The notes under the pieces: model-generated
The model's input: only the letters and a program-made list of their open reading frames with translations
Database searches by the model: none
Told to the model about the DNA's origin: nothing
Position numbers and translations under genes: made by a program
DNA from: Candidatus Cloacimonadota bacterium
Lineage (GTDB): Bacteria; Cloacimonadota; Cloacimonadia; Cloacimonadales; WRIO01
NCBI GenBank assembly: GCA_029564175.1
Contig: JAKQQL010000019.1
Span: 1 to 43,320, forward strand
Reading direction: 5' to 3'
DNA: 43,320 nucleotides
Shown: positions 30,887 to 40,213 of the stretch, in pieces
Numbering within the stretch: the stretch's first letter is position 1
Layout: each line of letters starts with the position of its first letter

Positions 30887-30887
30887 A

Positions 30888-31637
30888 ATGACACATATTG
30901 CCTTAATCGGTTATGGTAAAATGGGTAAAATGATTGAAAGAATTGCACTTGATAAAGGATTTGTGATTGAGGCTATTGTTGAGCCTGCCTCAGATCAATA
31001 TTTAAAATCCATTACTGCGTTAAAAGGCATGAATATTGATGTTTGTATTGACTTTTCTCATCCTGACTGTGCCCTTGAAAATATAAAAAACCTGTGTGAG
31101 TTAAAACTGAATGCTGTCATTGGAACAACTGGATGGCATGAGCATTTGAATGAGGTCAGACAGTGGGTATCAGAGAACCAGAATGGTCTTATTTATGGAT
31201 CTAATTATTCAGTTGGGATGAATATGTTTTATCGGCTGATTGAAGATGCTGTAAAGCATTTTAATCATCTCCCTGACTATGATATTTTTGCATTTGAAGC
31301 CCATCACAGACAAAAAGCAGACAGTCCTTCTGGCACAGCCAGAGAAATCAGCACGATTATACTAAACCACTCAAATATCAAAAATACAGTTATTTACGAT
31401 AAAATTGACAGACAACCAGCTCCTGAAGAGCTTCATTTTGCCAGTATCAGGGGTGGCGCTATTCCAGGCACTCATGAAGTGGGCTTTGATTCAATTGCTG
31501 ATACGATTGAGATTAAACATACTGCCCGAAATCGGGAAGGATTTGCCAGTGGCGCTTTAATGGCTGCTCAATGGCTGAAGGGTAAATCAGGAATTTATAA
31601 TTTCCAGTCCATTTTTGGAGAGATTTTAAATGGCTAA
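30888..31637 (+). CDS. dapB: 4-hydroxy-tetrahydrodipicolinate reductase
   Basis: GYGKMG, IGTTGW, EAHHRQKADSPSGTA and R.GFA.GA motifs; ATG at 30888 follows a GGAGG RBS. Confidence 0.95.
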   Translation: MTHIALIGYGKMGKMIERIALDKGFVIEAIVEPASDQYLKSITALKGMNIDVCIDFSHPDCALENIKNLCELKLNAVIGTTGWHEHLNEVRQWVSENQNGLIYGSNYSVGMNMFYRLIEDAVKHFNHLPDYDIFAFEAHHRQKADSPSGTAREISTIILNHSNIKNTVIYDKIDRQPAPEELHFASIRGGAIPGTHEVGFDSIADTIEIKHTARNREGFASGALMAAQWLKGKSGIYNFQSIFGEILNG

Positions 31638-32427
31638 GATAAAATTTATAAAAATGCATGGACAAGGTAACGATTACCTCTTTATTTTTGCTGAAGACCT
31701 TGATAAGGATATCCATCTCCCCTCTCTTTCGAAAGCGATGTCAGACAGGCATTTTGGAGCAGGCAGTGATGGTATTGTTATCTTGTCTCAGACGGATGAC
31801 GCCGATATAAAGATGGATATTTATAACGCAGACGGATCTCTGGCTGAAATGTGCGGTACAGCCCTCCGATGCACAGTCTATCTGATGGCTGACCTGTTAA
31901 ACAAAAAACAGATAACTGTTCTAACTGGAAGTGGCATCAAAAAAGGTTTTGTTGAGAATCATACTGTGACCGTCAATATGGGTAAAGCCACTTTACTCAG
32001 TAATTCAGAGGTCTATCTTGCAGTTGAAAACCGAATTTTTAGTGGTTATTATGTCTCTATGGGAAATCCTCACTTTATCATTTTTGAGCCAATGAACCAT
32101 ACAGATCAGTTGAAGCAATGGGGTTCAAAGATAGAAAATCATTCCTTTTTCGAAAATCGCAGCAATGTTGAGTTCGTAGAAATCCTGTCTGAAAATGAGA
32201 TAAATGTGAATGTTTGGGAAAGAGGAAGTGGCATTACCCTCGCTTGTGGAACCGGCGCCTGTGCCTCTGCTTTCATTTCTAATCAGGTTAAAAAGCTGAG
32301 TAACAAGCTGAAAGTTAATCTGCCTGGAGGTTCTGTTACAGTATCGCTTGACATAAATGAAGAGATTCACTTAATGGGTTTAGTTAATTCAGTTTATCAT
32401 GGTATATATCATTACAAAGAGGATTAA
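31630..32427 (+). CDS. dapF: Diaminopimelate epimerase
   Basis: KMHGQGNDY, NADGS.AEMCG, SMGNPH and WERGSGITLACGTG motifs. Confidence 0.95.
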   Translation: MAKIKFIKMHGQGNDYLFIFAEDLDKDIHLPSLSKAMSDRHFGAGSDGIVILSQTDDADIKMDIYNADGSLAEMCGTALRCTVYLMADLLNKKQITVLTGSGIKKGFVENHTVTVNMGKATLLSNSEVYLAVENRIFSGYYVSMGNPHFIIFEPMNHTDQLKQWGSKIENHSFFENRSNVEFVEILSENEINVNVWERGSGITLACGTGACASAFISNQVKKLSNKLKVNLPGGSVTVSLDINEEIHLMGLVNSVYHGIYHYKED

Positions 32428-33072
32428 ATGGATAGTATCGGTTTATTTTTCAAGAGCTTAAGAGAAAATCAGAAAATCAGTATTGATGACCTTGCAGAAA
32501 AAACAAAGATTCGTCCCAATATTATTAAAGATATTGAAGCAGACAATTTAGTTGAACTGTATGAATCAGGGCACTTAAAAATCTTTATACAAACCCTGGG
32601 AAAACTTCTCGACGCATCCCCTGCTGATATCAGTGAAGCATTGAATTTAGTGGATAAAACCTTTCGTAAACCCAGTCAACAAAATGTTCATGTGATTGAA
32701 CATAAATCACAAAGCAAATTCGTTATATCATCTAATACCATTTATTCAATTTTTCTTGTCCTTTTTCTGATTGGGATTGCCTTTGTGATTATATATTTTT
32801 ACAATGAAGGCAAGCTGACCTATGAACGGGTAAAGAATGACTTGTTTGCCGACAAAGCAACAGTGGCTCATGAAGATAATGAAGAGGATGTTGATACAAT
32901 TGAAAAGGATTCAGTTTGGATCAAACAACAAAGAGTATTGAATTCCAAACAATCGACCAGTGATAAAAGAAAAACTGTAATTGATAATGTAAAAGTGATT
33001 TATGATTCTACTGATTATGTGAGTGATATCCTTTTTGATAATCAATATAATGCGTTGAATCCTCAATTATAA
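32428..33072 (+). CDS. RodZ-like HTH + TM protein
   Basis: N-terminal HTH (LRENQKISIDDLAEKTKIR...IE), a single TM helix and a short C-terminal region. Confidence 0.75.
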   Translation: MDSIGLFFKSLRENQKISIDDLAEKTKIRPNIIKDIEADNLVELYESGHLKIFIQTLGKLLDASPADISEALNLVDKTFRKPSQQNVHVIEHKSQSKFVISSNTIYSIFLVLFLIGIAFVIIYFYNEGKLTYERVKNDLFADKATVAHEDNEEDVDTIEKDSVWIKQQRVLNSKQSTSDKRKTVIDNVKVIYDSTDYVSDILFDNQYNALNPQL

Positions 33073-33162
33073 ACTGCAGATCAATACCTTTTTTCAGCTG
33101 GAATTATCATGCTGTCAAGATGGCAGTATAATCAATCTAAATATTTGTAAAATGGAGTTTTA

Positions 33163-35772
33163 ATGAAATACAATCAAGTGAATTTTCGTCATTTATTACC
33201 TTATGTCGAAAAACCTGCCCGTTATATCAATCATGAGTTAAATGCCTGTCACAAAACACCTCAGCCGGAGCTGATTAATTTTTGTCTGGCTTTTCCGGAT
33301 ATCTATGAAGTGGGTATCTCCCATTTTGGTATAAAAATACTTTATTCTATCCTCAATCAGCAAGCAGATGCTATGGCTGACAGGGTTTATACCCCATGGG
33401 TCGATTTTGCTGATTTATTAAAAAAAGAACAAATTCCCCTCTTTTCTCTGGAATCAAAAGTCGCTCTGAAAGATTTTGACGTGATTGGTTTTACCCTTCA
33501 AACTGAGCAAAATTTTACCAATATTCTCTTCATGCTTGAACTGGCTCAGATTCCATTTTACAGTAAAGACAGGGACAACACTTATCCTTTGATTATCGGT
33601 GGCGGTATCAATGCACTTAATCCTGAACCTTTGGCTGATTTTTTTGATGCCATTTTGATTGGGGAAGGCGAAGAGGCTATTATTGAGTTCAAAGACTGTT
33701 TAAAGCAGTTTAAACACCTCTCTAAAAATGACTTGCTGCTAAAAATTGCTCAAATTAAAGGCTTTTATGTGCCTGCACTTTATCATTCAGAATATAACAA
33801 ATTAGTACCATGTCAACCTGAAGTACCGGCAACAGTCAGTATTCGCAAGTTTCAGGATTTTTCACACAGTCCTCTCACCCATAGCCCTCAGCTGGTTCCA
33901 TGGAATGAAGGCACTCACAACCGTTTTGTAGCTGAGATTATGCGTGGTTGTACACGAGGATGCCGTTTTTGTCAGGCAGGCATGTTTTACAGACCTTCGC
34001 GTGAACGCTCTCCTGAACTGATAGTGAAAGAAATACTGGAAGGCATTCAAAGCAATGGTTGGGATGAAGCCGGATTGCTTTCATTATCTTCCAGCGATTA
34101 TACCTGTATCAAGCCACTGTTAACTGAGCTTTTCAACCAGCTAAATTCAGCTGGCGTTTCACTGGCTTTACCTTCTCTCAGAATCGATTCGATAGATGAT
34201 AGTATCGTCAACCTGCTCAATCAGATCAGAAAGACCGGACTTACTCTGGCACCGGAAGCTGGTACACAAAGACTTCGCGATGTGGTGAATAAGAATATCA
34301 GTGAAGCAGATATATTCAATGCGGTTGACTTTGCTTTTTCCAATGGATTCAGAATCATTAAGTTCTATTTTATGGTCGGTTTGCCATTTGAAACTGAAGA
34401 AGATATTGATGGCATTATCCAGCTCATTGAAAAAATTGTATTGCATACGAATAAAAAAATGGCTATCAATGTAACCCTCTCTCCCTTTGTACCAAAGCCT
34501 TTTACCCCTTTCCAGTGGTCTGCGATGGACAGTCAGGAAGAACTGCTTAGAAAAGTATTGAAAATTAAATATAGCCTGTCAAAATATCGTATGGTGAAAT
34601 CCAAATACCATACCATTGAAAACTCGATGATGGAAGGCATTTTCTGCAAAGCTGGCAGAAACGCTTCAGCGCTCTTGCTCAGGGCATATCAAAACGGTGC
34701 AATTCTGGATGGCTGGAATGAATTCTTTAAATTTGATATATGGACTCAATCAGCCGATGAAATTGGCTTTAACTGGCAGATTTATAATCAGGAAAATGCG
34801 CTGGATGAGCTATTGCCTTGGGATCATATTGATATTGGCATTAAAAAAGAATTTCTCATCAAAGAATACCTGAAAGCTCAAAAACTGGAACTGACAGAAG
34901 ATTGCCGAACAGGCTCGTGTAGCGATTGTGGTGCCTGTGCTGACGTAAAACCTGATTTTGCGGAATGGCATCTGGAGGGTGTACCTGTTTTACAGGATAA
35001 GATAAAATCTACTTACACAGAGAGTTTCCATTATAGAATTTACTATCACAAAACCGAATATCTTCAGTTTGTTACGCATCTTGATTTTCTGAGAATGTTG
35101 CATCGCTTGTTACTGGCGACTGATTTGCCGGTTTGTTACAGTCAGGGTTATAATCCGCATCCGAAAACCTCTTTTTGTCCGCCATTGGCAATCGGAATTG
35201 AATCTGAAAATGATTTCTTTGACGTGCAGCTGCATAGCCCTGTGAATCCGCTTAAAGTACTTGAAAAGCTCAATTCTTTTAATATCAAAGGATTAAAATT
35301 CCATTTCTGCTTATGCAGCTTAGAACATGTTAAAAGCAAGAAAAAGCAGTTTTTACAGTTAAATGATAAATTAGCAGTAAGTGACTTATCTCATTATCTT
35401 TGCGCTGACTATCAGGATAATCTTTCTCAGGTAATGAGTGACATCTCACTATATAACGATGAGATCATAGAAATTGAAATGCCTGAAAATCTGCTTACGA
35501 AAATCCCTGATATCAACGCAGAACGCATTAAACGCCTGATTGAACAGTTTAACAACTCCTTGACTGTGATTTACGAAAAAGAAAAAAAAGGGAAAATGAA
35601 ACAATTTGATTTGAAGGAACTGGTCAGGCAAATCGATTTTGATCAGAACTGTCTGATAATTCATAAAAAGATTATCGGCTTGAACATTTTTGATATCATG
35701 CAATGTCTCTTCAATATTTCCCGAAATGAAGCCGGTGCTTTCCGAATCGTGAGAAAGAAGATATTTGTATAA
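33163..35772 (+). CDS. TIGR03960-family radical SAM protein fused to a TIGR03936/DUF2344 domain
   Basis: VEKPARY, FPDIYEVG, RGCTRGCRFC, PSLR and APEAGTQRLR; CRTGSCSDCGAC linker; C-terminal FVTHLD...YSQGYNPHPK. Confidence 0.9.
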   Translation: MKYNQVNFRHLLPYVEKPARYINHELNACHKTPQPELINFCLAFPDIYEVGISHFGIKILYSILNQQADAMADRVYTPWVDFADLLKKEQIPLFSLESKVALKDFDVIGFTLQTEQNFTNILFMLELAQIPFYSKDRDNTYPLIIGGGINALNPEPLADFFDAILIGEGEEAIIEFKDCLKQFKHLSKNDLLLKIAQIKGFYVPALYHSEYNKLVPCQPEVPATVSIRKFQDFSHSPLTHSPQLVPWNEGTHNRFVAEIMRGCTRGCRFCQAGMFYRPSRERSPELIVKEILEGIQSNGWDEAGLLSLSSSDYTCIKPLLTELFNQLNSAGVSLALPSLRIDSIDDSIVNLLNQIRKTGLTLAPEAGTQRLRDVVNKNISEADIFNAVDFAFSNGFRIIKFYFMVGLPFETEEDIDGIIQLIEKIVLHTNKKMAINVTLSPFVPKPFTPFQWSAMDSQEELLRKVLKIKYSLSKYRMVKSKYHTIENSMMEGIFCKAGRNASALLLRAYQNGAILDGWNEFFKFDIWTQSADEIGFNWQIYNQENALDELLPWDHIDIGIKKEFLIKEYLKAQKLELTEDCRTGSCSDCGACADVKPDFAEWHLEGVPVLQDKIKSTYTESFHYRIYYHKTEYLQFVTHLDFLRMLHRLLLATDLPVCYSQGYNPHPKTSFCPPLAIGIESENDFFDVQLHSPVNPLKVLEKLNSFNIKGLKFHFCLCSLEHVKSKKKQFLQLNDKLAVSDLSHYLCADYQDNLSQVMSDISLYNDEIIEIEMPENLLTKIPDINAERIKRLIEQFNNSLTVIYEKEKKGKMKQFDLKELVRQIDFDQNCLIIHKKIIGLNIFDIMQCLFNISRNEAGAFRIVRKKIFV

Positions 35773-35788
35773 TTTGAAATAAGATTTG

Positions 35789-35812
35789 GGGGACATGATG
35801 TCCCCTTTTTTA
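35789..35812 (+). terminator. Rho-independent terminator at the end of the core operon
   Basis: GGGGACA-TGA-TGTCCCC followed by a T-run. Confidence 0.8.
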
Positions 35813-35872
35813 TTGAGTCTTAACCGTTCAAATGACTTTATTTGTTACGAATCGGTGAGTTATGCACCTGCT

Positions 35873-36388
35873 TTATATTAAACCGATCTCCTTCCTGATT
35901 TGAAGTTTATCTTTCAGCATGATCGCAAAATCCGGATTTGTCTTAGCAAGCGAATCGATACTTCTGTAAATAGCTTTAAGAATAGATGCTTTCATGCGAT
36001 TGTAATTTGTTTGAAAGTGATAGATTTTACCCCCTCTGACAGTCGATTTTTTGACATAGTAGGTCAGCTGTTTGAGCTCTGCTTCGGCTTCTACCTGTTT
36101 GGCAGTGTTGCCACATTGCATACATTCGGCTATCAGGTCTAACAGATAACTCATCCGCTTTCTGACGTCTTTGAGAGTTTGTGCATCGCAACATTCAATT
36201 ATCTCTTCTCTGGGAATCAGGGCATCGAGTTCAAGAGAAGGACAAAGTCTTTGATGTTTGAGATAGTAATCTCTCTGACCAAGCAAGGTTTCAGGTTTAA
36301 ATGATTGTCCCTGATGACTGATTAGAAAGCAAAGATAGAAGTCTTTTTTGGGGTCAAGCCAGCTTATTATTTTTTCTTCGTTTGTCAT
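35873..36388 (-). CDS. Hypothetical 171-aa protein, putative winged-helix/coiled-coil DNA-binding regulator
   Basis: ATG at 36388 follows AGGAGG. Sequence pattern resembles the C-terminal domain of actinobacterial AAA/STAND regulators (YL..L....G, D...L...R.R...L...I.E, GG...F....R....I.KAI.R.I..L...NP.....L). Confidence 0.6.
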   Translation of the reverse strand: MTNEEKIISWLDPKKDFYLCFLISHQGQSFKPETLLGQRDYYLKHQRLCPSLELDALIPREEIIECCDAQTLKDVRKRMSYLLDLIAECMQCGNTAKQVEAEAELKQLTYYVKKSTVRGGKIYHFQTNYNRMKASILKAIYRSIDSLAKTNPDFAIMLKDKLQIRKEIGLI

Positions 36389-36472
36389 AAAAAACCTCCT
36401 GATATGTGTTAGTTTTTGGAATAGTAACCAATCTTTATTATGAAAGATGCCTATATTCCATTTTTGTAATGT

Positions 36473-36501
36473 ATTATAAAATATTAGCATCTTTTTGTCA
36501 A
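36473..36501 (-). promoter_or_regulatory. Consensus sigma70 promoter for the 171-aa gene
   Basis: Minus strand TTGACA (36501-36496), 17-bp spacer, TATAAT (36478-36473). Confidence 0.8.
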
Positions 36502-36655
36502 GTTTTTTATTGATTTTTATAATAGTTTAAATAACTGTTAAATAGACTTTTAAAAACTTTATAAATGTAATTTTATATTCTCAAAAATCTACAAATTTCA
36601 CTTAAAATGGCTATCTCCTTTATTATGAACTGATTATAAAAATATGAAAAAAAGT

Positions 36656-36684
36656 TTGACAAAATGCTAAGGTATTGTTATATT
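36656..36684 (+). promoter_or_regulatory. Divergent sigma70 promoter for the helicase gene
   Basis: TTGACA (36656-36661), 17-bp spacer, extended -10 TGnTATATT (36679-36684). Confidence 0.65.
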
Positions 36685-36992
36685 ATACTATAGATACATA
36701 GCGTGGTAATGACCAAAATAGGTGTGAATGACAGCATCTTATTGAAGGACTAGAGGTTATAAAATTTAAAAAGAGAGTGATGGCGTATGAGTTAAAAGTT
36801 ACTTGATTTTTATCGGGTTTTAGAGGTTTTTATAAGGGTTTCGGTTAGGATGTATGAGATTTTACCAGTTTCCAAAGTATAAAAATCCTCATTATTTTCG
36901 TATTGGGGACGCTTATATCCAAAATTGATATAGGAATTAAATCAGTTAACAAGCTAACTGTCGAAAAGACAGCAATATACAGGAGGTACAAA

Positions 36993-38762
36993 ATGAGTAC
37001 ACCTATTACAGTATTAGAAGCAGGCAAGAGTTCTGCAGTGAAATCAAAAACAATCAAAATTCTTTTAGGATTAGATATGATCCGAAAAAGAAGTACAATT
37101 ATGATTGGTCACACATCTAAGGCTATTGAAGCGATTATGAAATGTAATTCTGATTATTCTGAAAGCTCAGAATCTGAATCCAGATTTTATTCCACTCAAG
37201 ACCAGAATGAAATTAAACAGTTTTTGGCTGATAAGGATTTTGATGTTAAAAACATCCGTAAACTTGCCAGAATCTGGACAAGACTCAATCAGGAGTATAT
37301 CTTCTGTGAAGGTAATCTGAGCTGGTATTACTATAACGGTAAAGTATGGCAAGAATGCAAACGAAAGCCAATCAAGGGGCTTTATGATTTGTGCGATTAT
37401 ATAAAAAATTATAATGAAAATATTGGTCAGATTAAGGTCGATATCTCCAAACATGAAGAGATAAAAAGAATTCAAAAAAATGGCAAAAAAGTCTGTCAGG
37501 AATTGGAAAATTCTTTTAAAAAGTGTGAGAATATCATCAGCTCAGCCTTGTCATTGCCGGATAAGGATTTAAAACATCCAATTTCGACTGAGGAGATGGA
37601 TAAAGAGATTCGATATCTACCTCTCAGAAATTGTATAGTTGATTTAAAGACCTTTAATGTTCTACCTCACTCCAGAGATTATCATTGTACCAGATATTTA
37701 GATTATGACTTGCCGTTTAGAGAGGAAGACTTTAAGGAATGTCCCCGTTTTATGCGCTTCATAACAGAGATATTCCCTGATAATGATCAAATACAGGATT
37801 TTATGTTTCGATTGATGGGCTATATCCTTTATCCAGGTAATCCTAAAGAGATTTTTGCCTTCCTGTATGGAACTGGTGCAAATGGGAAAAGCACTCTGAC
37901 AGAAACTATAATGCATGTACTTGGTAAGTATGCGGTGACAATGGATTCAGTTATTCTGAACAAAAATTGTCCTTCCAAAGATGCAGCTCATCAAAAAGCA
38001 CAACTGAAAAATAAGCTTTTTGCTGCAGTGGGTGAAGATGAAAAGAATGAACTTTCAGAGAAAAGGGTAAAAGAGCTATCAACAACAGATCCAATCAACT
38101 GTGAAAGAAAATATTATGATCCGGAAAATTTTATAAATACAGCTATGATTTTTGCCAGCGTAAATGACTTTCCCGTGATCAGAACTTTGAATGATGCTAT
38201 TAGAAGAAGGCTTTTGTATATTCCTTTTGAGCAGAAATTTGAGAAAGAGAAAAAGGACGAACGCTTAAAAGACATCCTTAAAGAAGAAGCTGAAGGTATT
38301 TTTCATCTAATGCTTGTTCACCTGTGTCATTATATTCATAATGGGCTGGAGATCCCGGAAGAATTAATGGACTATTCCAAAGAGTGTATGAACGATTCTA
38401 ATCCCTTTGAGCTGTTTATGGAAAGTTATACACATGGCACTGAAGCAGATTCAATTCGATTTAATATACTATATAATAAATTCCGGATTTTTTATAATAA
38501 CAATTTTCAACGCTCTGGTATAGGGGTATTAATCCAGAAAGAGTTTAAAGAACTTCTAAAACAAAAAGGCTATAAGCTTGTCGAGAGAGATCCTGCAGAT
38601 CAACATTATCTGACTGTCAGAGGGATAATGGAGAATGATTTTACTACATTATCGACATTACCTGTAACAGAAATAGAAGTTAACAGAGAATTAACAAGTG
38701 ACAATGTGACATTAACAATGATAGATCAAAACCAGATGTCATCAAGGCAACTTACTATTTAA
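36993..38762 (+). CDS. Phage/plasmid P4-family (D5-like) SF3 helicase without an obvious primase domain
   Basis: ATG at 36993 follows AGGAGG. D5_N-like WYYYNGKVW and LRNCIVDLKT; Walker A YGTGANGKST; N.FP....DAIRRR..IPF arginine finger; NPF C-terminal wHTH region. Confidence 0.9.
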   Translation: MSTPITVLEAGKSSAVKSKTIKILLGLDMIRKRSTIMIGHTSKAIEAIMKCNSDYSESSESESRFYSTQDQNEIKQFLADKDFDVKNIRKLARIWTRLNQEYIFCEGNLSWYYYNGKVWQECKRKPIKGLYDLCDYIKNYNENIGQIKVDISKHEEIKRIQKNGKKVCQELENSFKKCENIISSALSLPDKDLKHPISTEEMDKEIRYLPLRNCIVDLKTFNVLPHSRDYHCTRYLDYDLPFREEDFKECPRFMRFITEIFPDNDQIQDFMFRLMGYILYPGNPKEIFAFLYGTGANGKSTLTETIMHVLGKYAVTMDSVILNKNCPSKDAAHQKAQLKNKLFAAVGEDEKNELSEKRVKELSTTDPINCERKYYDPENFINTAMIFASVNDFPVIRTLNDAIRRRLLYIPFEQKFEKEKKDERLKDILKEEAEGIFHLMLVHLCHYIHNGLEIPEELMDYSKECMNDSNPFELFMESYTHGTEADSIRFNILYNKFRIFYNNNFQRSGIGVLIQKEFKELLKQKGYKLVERDPADQHYLTVRGIMENDFTTLSTLPVTEIEVNRELTSDNVTLTMIDQNQMSSRQLTI

Positions 38763-38965
38763 CAATATGTTAATTAATACAGATGACAAAGTGACATTAT
38801 ATGATCAAAAAAGTATGCTGGTTATTAAAAACAGATATAGAAACAGAGTATATTTCTCAGTCCAAAATGTCATTTTGTGCTATTTGATAGCTAACCTGTT
38901 GTATTTCAGATAATTATATGTAGTGACATTCTGATGGATTAATTATTATGAAGTCAGAATGTCAT
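38698..38965. repeat. Origin-like dyad element A of (G/A)TGACA / TGTCA(C/T) repeats
   Basis: GTGACA at 38698 and 38706; TGTCAT at 38737; ATGACAAAGTGACA at 38783; TGTCAT at 38868; GTGACA at 38923; 11-bp inverted repeat TGACATTCTGA / TCAGAATGTCA (38924-38964); AT-rich core. Confidence 0.75.
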
Positions 38966-38993
38966 TCTCTTAAACGTCAATCATGGAGCTTCA

Positions 38994-40091
38994 ATGAATC
39001 ATATTAGCAGAGAGTTATTATTAAGTCGGCTGAATATCAATGAGATTGCCGACAGATACCAGTTAAAACGCCATAAATATACCTTTATATGCCCTTACCA
39101 TAAAGATAAACATCCCAGTCTAGCCTTCAATCCCAAGATTAATTATAAGACCTTTAAATGCTTTTCCTGTGGACAATCTGGAACGATTATAGACTTCCTT
39201 GGTAAAATCAACGGGATAGACAATCCTGCTGAACAATATAAATTTGCGCTTCAATATACTGATCTTGATAACCTGAATCCTTGTGTTGATTTTAAAAAGC
39301 AATTGCAGGTCGTTCGTGCTAAAATGGTAGTTAAACCAGAAAGTGAATCTGAATCTGAGGAAGAGATTGCTATACAAAAACTCAAACTGAAGATTTTTAA
39401 AGAATTGAATCAGTATCTGACACTTAACGATGAAGCCAGAGAATATTTGCATCAAAGATGTATTACGGATAATACCATCGAATTATACGAGATAAAGAGC
39501 CTTGCTAAAGAAAAGGAACTGTTGTATTGCTCAAGCAAGGAAGATCTGATTAAGGCGGGTTTTTATCATCCTGAGAAAGAAGAAAACTATCGTTCATCTA
39601 TTCCGTATCATTCAGTGATCTTTTTTCATTATCAGAACATCAAGACCATTGGCTATGTCTCAAATCGTTCATACGACCCAAACCCTTTTAAGAAAACATT
39701 ATACCTTCCTGATACACCGCTAATGATGTTTCAGGGAGATAAAGATATGACAAAATATACGACTGTCTATCTCTTTGAAGGGATTCTAAATGGTTTGTCT
39801 TTCTTTGAGCTAACCGGTAAACGTAATTTTTATTGCATTATGGGAGTTGCTTTTAATAATTTTATATCTGAACTCATCAGCCGGCATAAACGCTTTATCG
39901 TTGCTTTCGACCCTGATTCTGCCGGACAGGAAGCGTGTGATAAATTTATGCATCCGGAGATATTTTATCCAGAACTTGCAGGCTATGAAGTGAAAGCTTT
40001 TGATTACCAGGCATATTTGGATCAATATCAACTCTCTTTTGAGGGCAAATTTGACCTGAATGATATCCTGTGTGGGGTTGGAATGGGATAG
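38994..40091 (+). CDS. DnaG-like DNA primase (CHC2 zinc finger + Toprim)
   Basis: CPYHKDKHPS...FKCFSC zinc finger, YL.QR.I, and Toprim motifs LFEG and AFDPD..G. Confidence 0.88.
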   Translation: MNHISRELLLSRLNINEIADRYQLKRHKYTFICPYHKDKHPSLAFNPKINYKTFKCFSCGQSGTIIDFLGKINGIDNPAEQYKFALQYTDLDNLNPCVDFKKQLQVVRAKMVVKPESESESEEEIAIQKLKLKIFKELNQYLTLNDEAREYLHQRCITDNTIELYEIKSLAKEKELLYCSSKEDLIKAGFYHPEKEENYRSSIPYHSVIFFHYQNIKTIGYVSNRSYDPNPFKKTLYLPDTPLMMFQGDKDMTKYTTVYLFEGILNGLSFFELTGKRNFYCIMGVAFNNFISELISRHKRFIVAFDPDSAGQEACDKFMHPEIFYPELAGYEVKAFDYQAYLDQYQLSFEGKFDLNDILCGVGMG

Positions 40092-40101
40092 ACCAATATG
40101 C

Positions 40102-40128
40102 AGAGACGCCCGGTTTGGGCGTCTCTTT
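40102..40128 (+). terminator. GC-rich hairpin after the primase (terminator or REP-like)
   Basis: AGAGACGCCC-GGTTT-GGGCGTCTCT 10-bp stem followed by TT. Confidence 0.65.
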
Positions 40129-40213
40129 ACCTTCTAAAAATCATTATTTCTTTCATATTTTCAAAAGAGGTATCACTTTTTAATTTGCTTAACTAGTGCA
40201 GGTGTTATGTTTT

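Noticed and set aside
30741..30887. Extended starts of dapB (30741), helicase (36903), 171-aa protein (36490) and HDOD (10619)
   Set aside because: Downstream ATGs with better RBS spacing and domain starts exist at 30888, 36993, 36388 and 10667.
3970..33400. Avoidance of CCWWGG as support for CfrBI specificity
   Set aside because: CCWWGG sites occur in the core genes (e.g. near 3975, 15979, 18487, 25534, 33394) and I could not compute depletion, so the test is uninformative.
37150..39365. SESES low-complexity tracts in both helicase and primase (GAATCTGAATC)
   Set aside because: These are short acidic linkers compatible with slippage; there is no evidence of a shared function.
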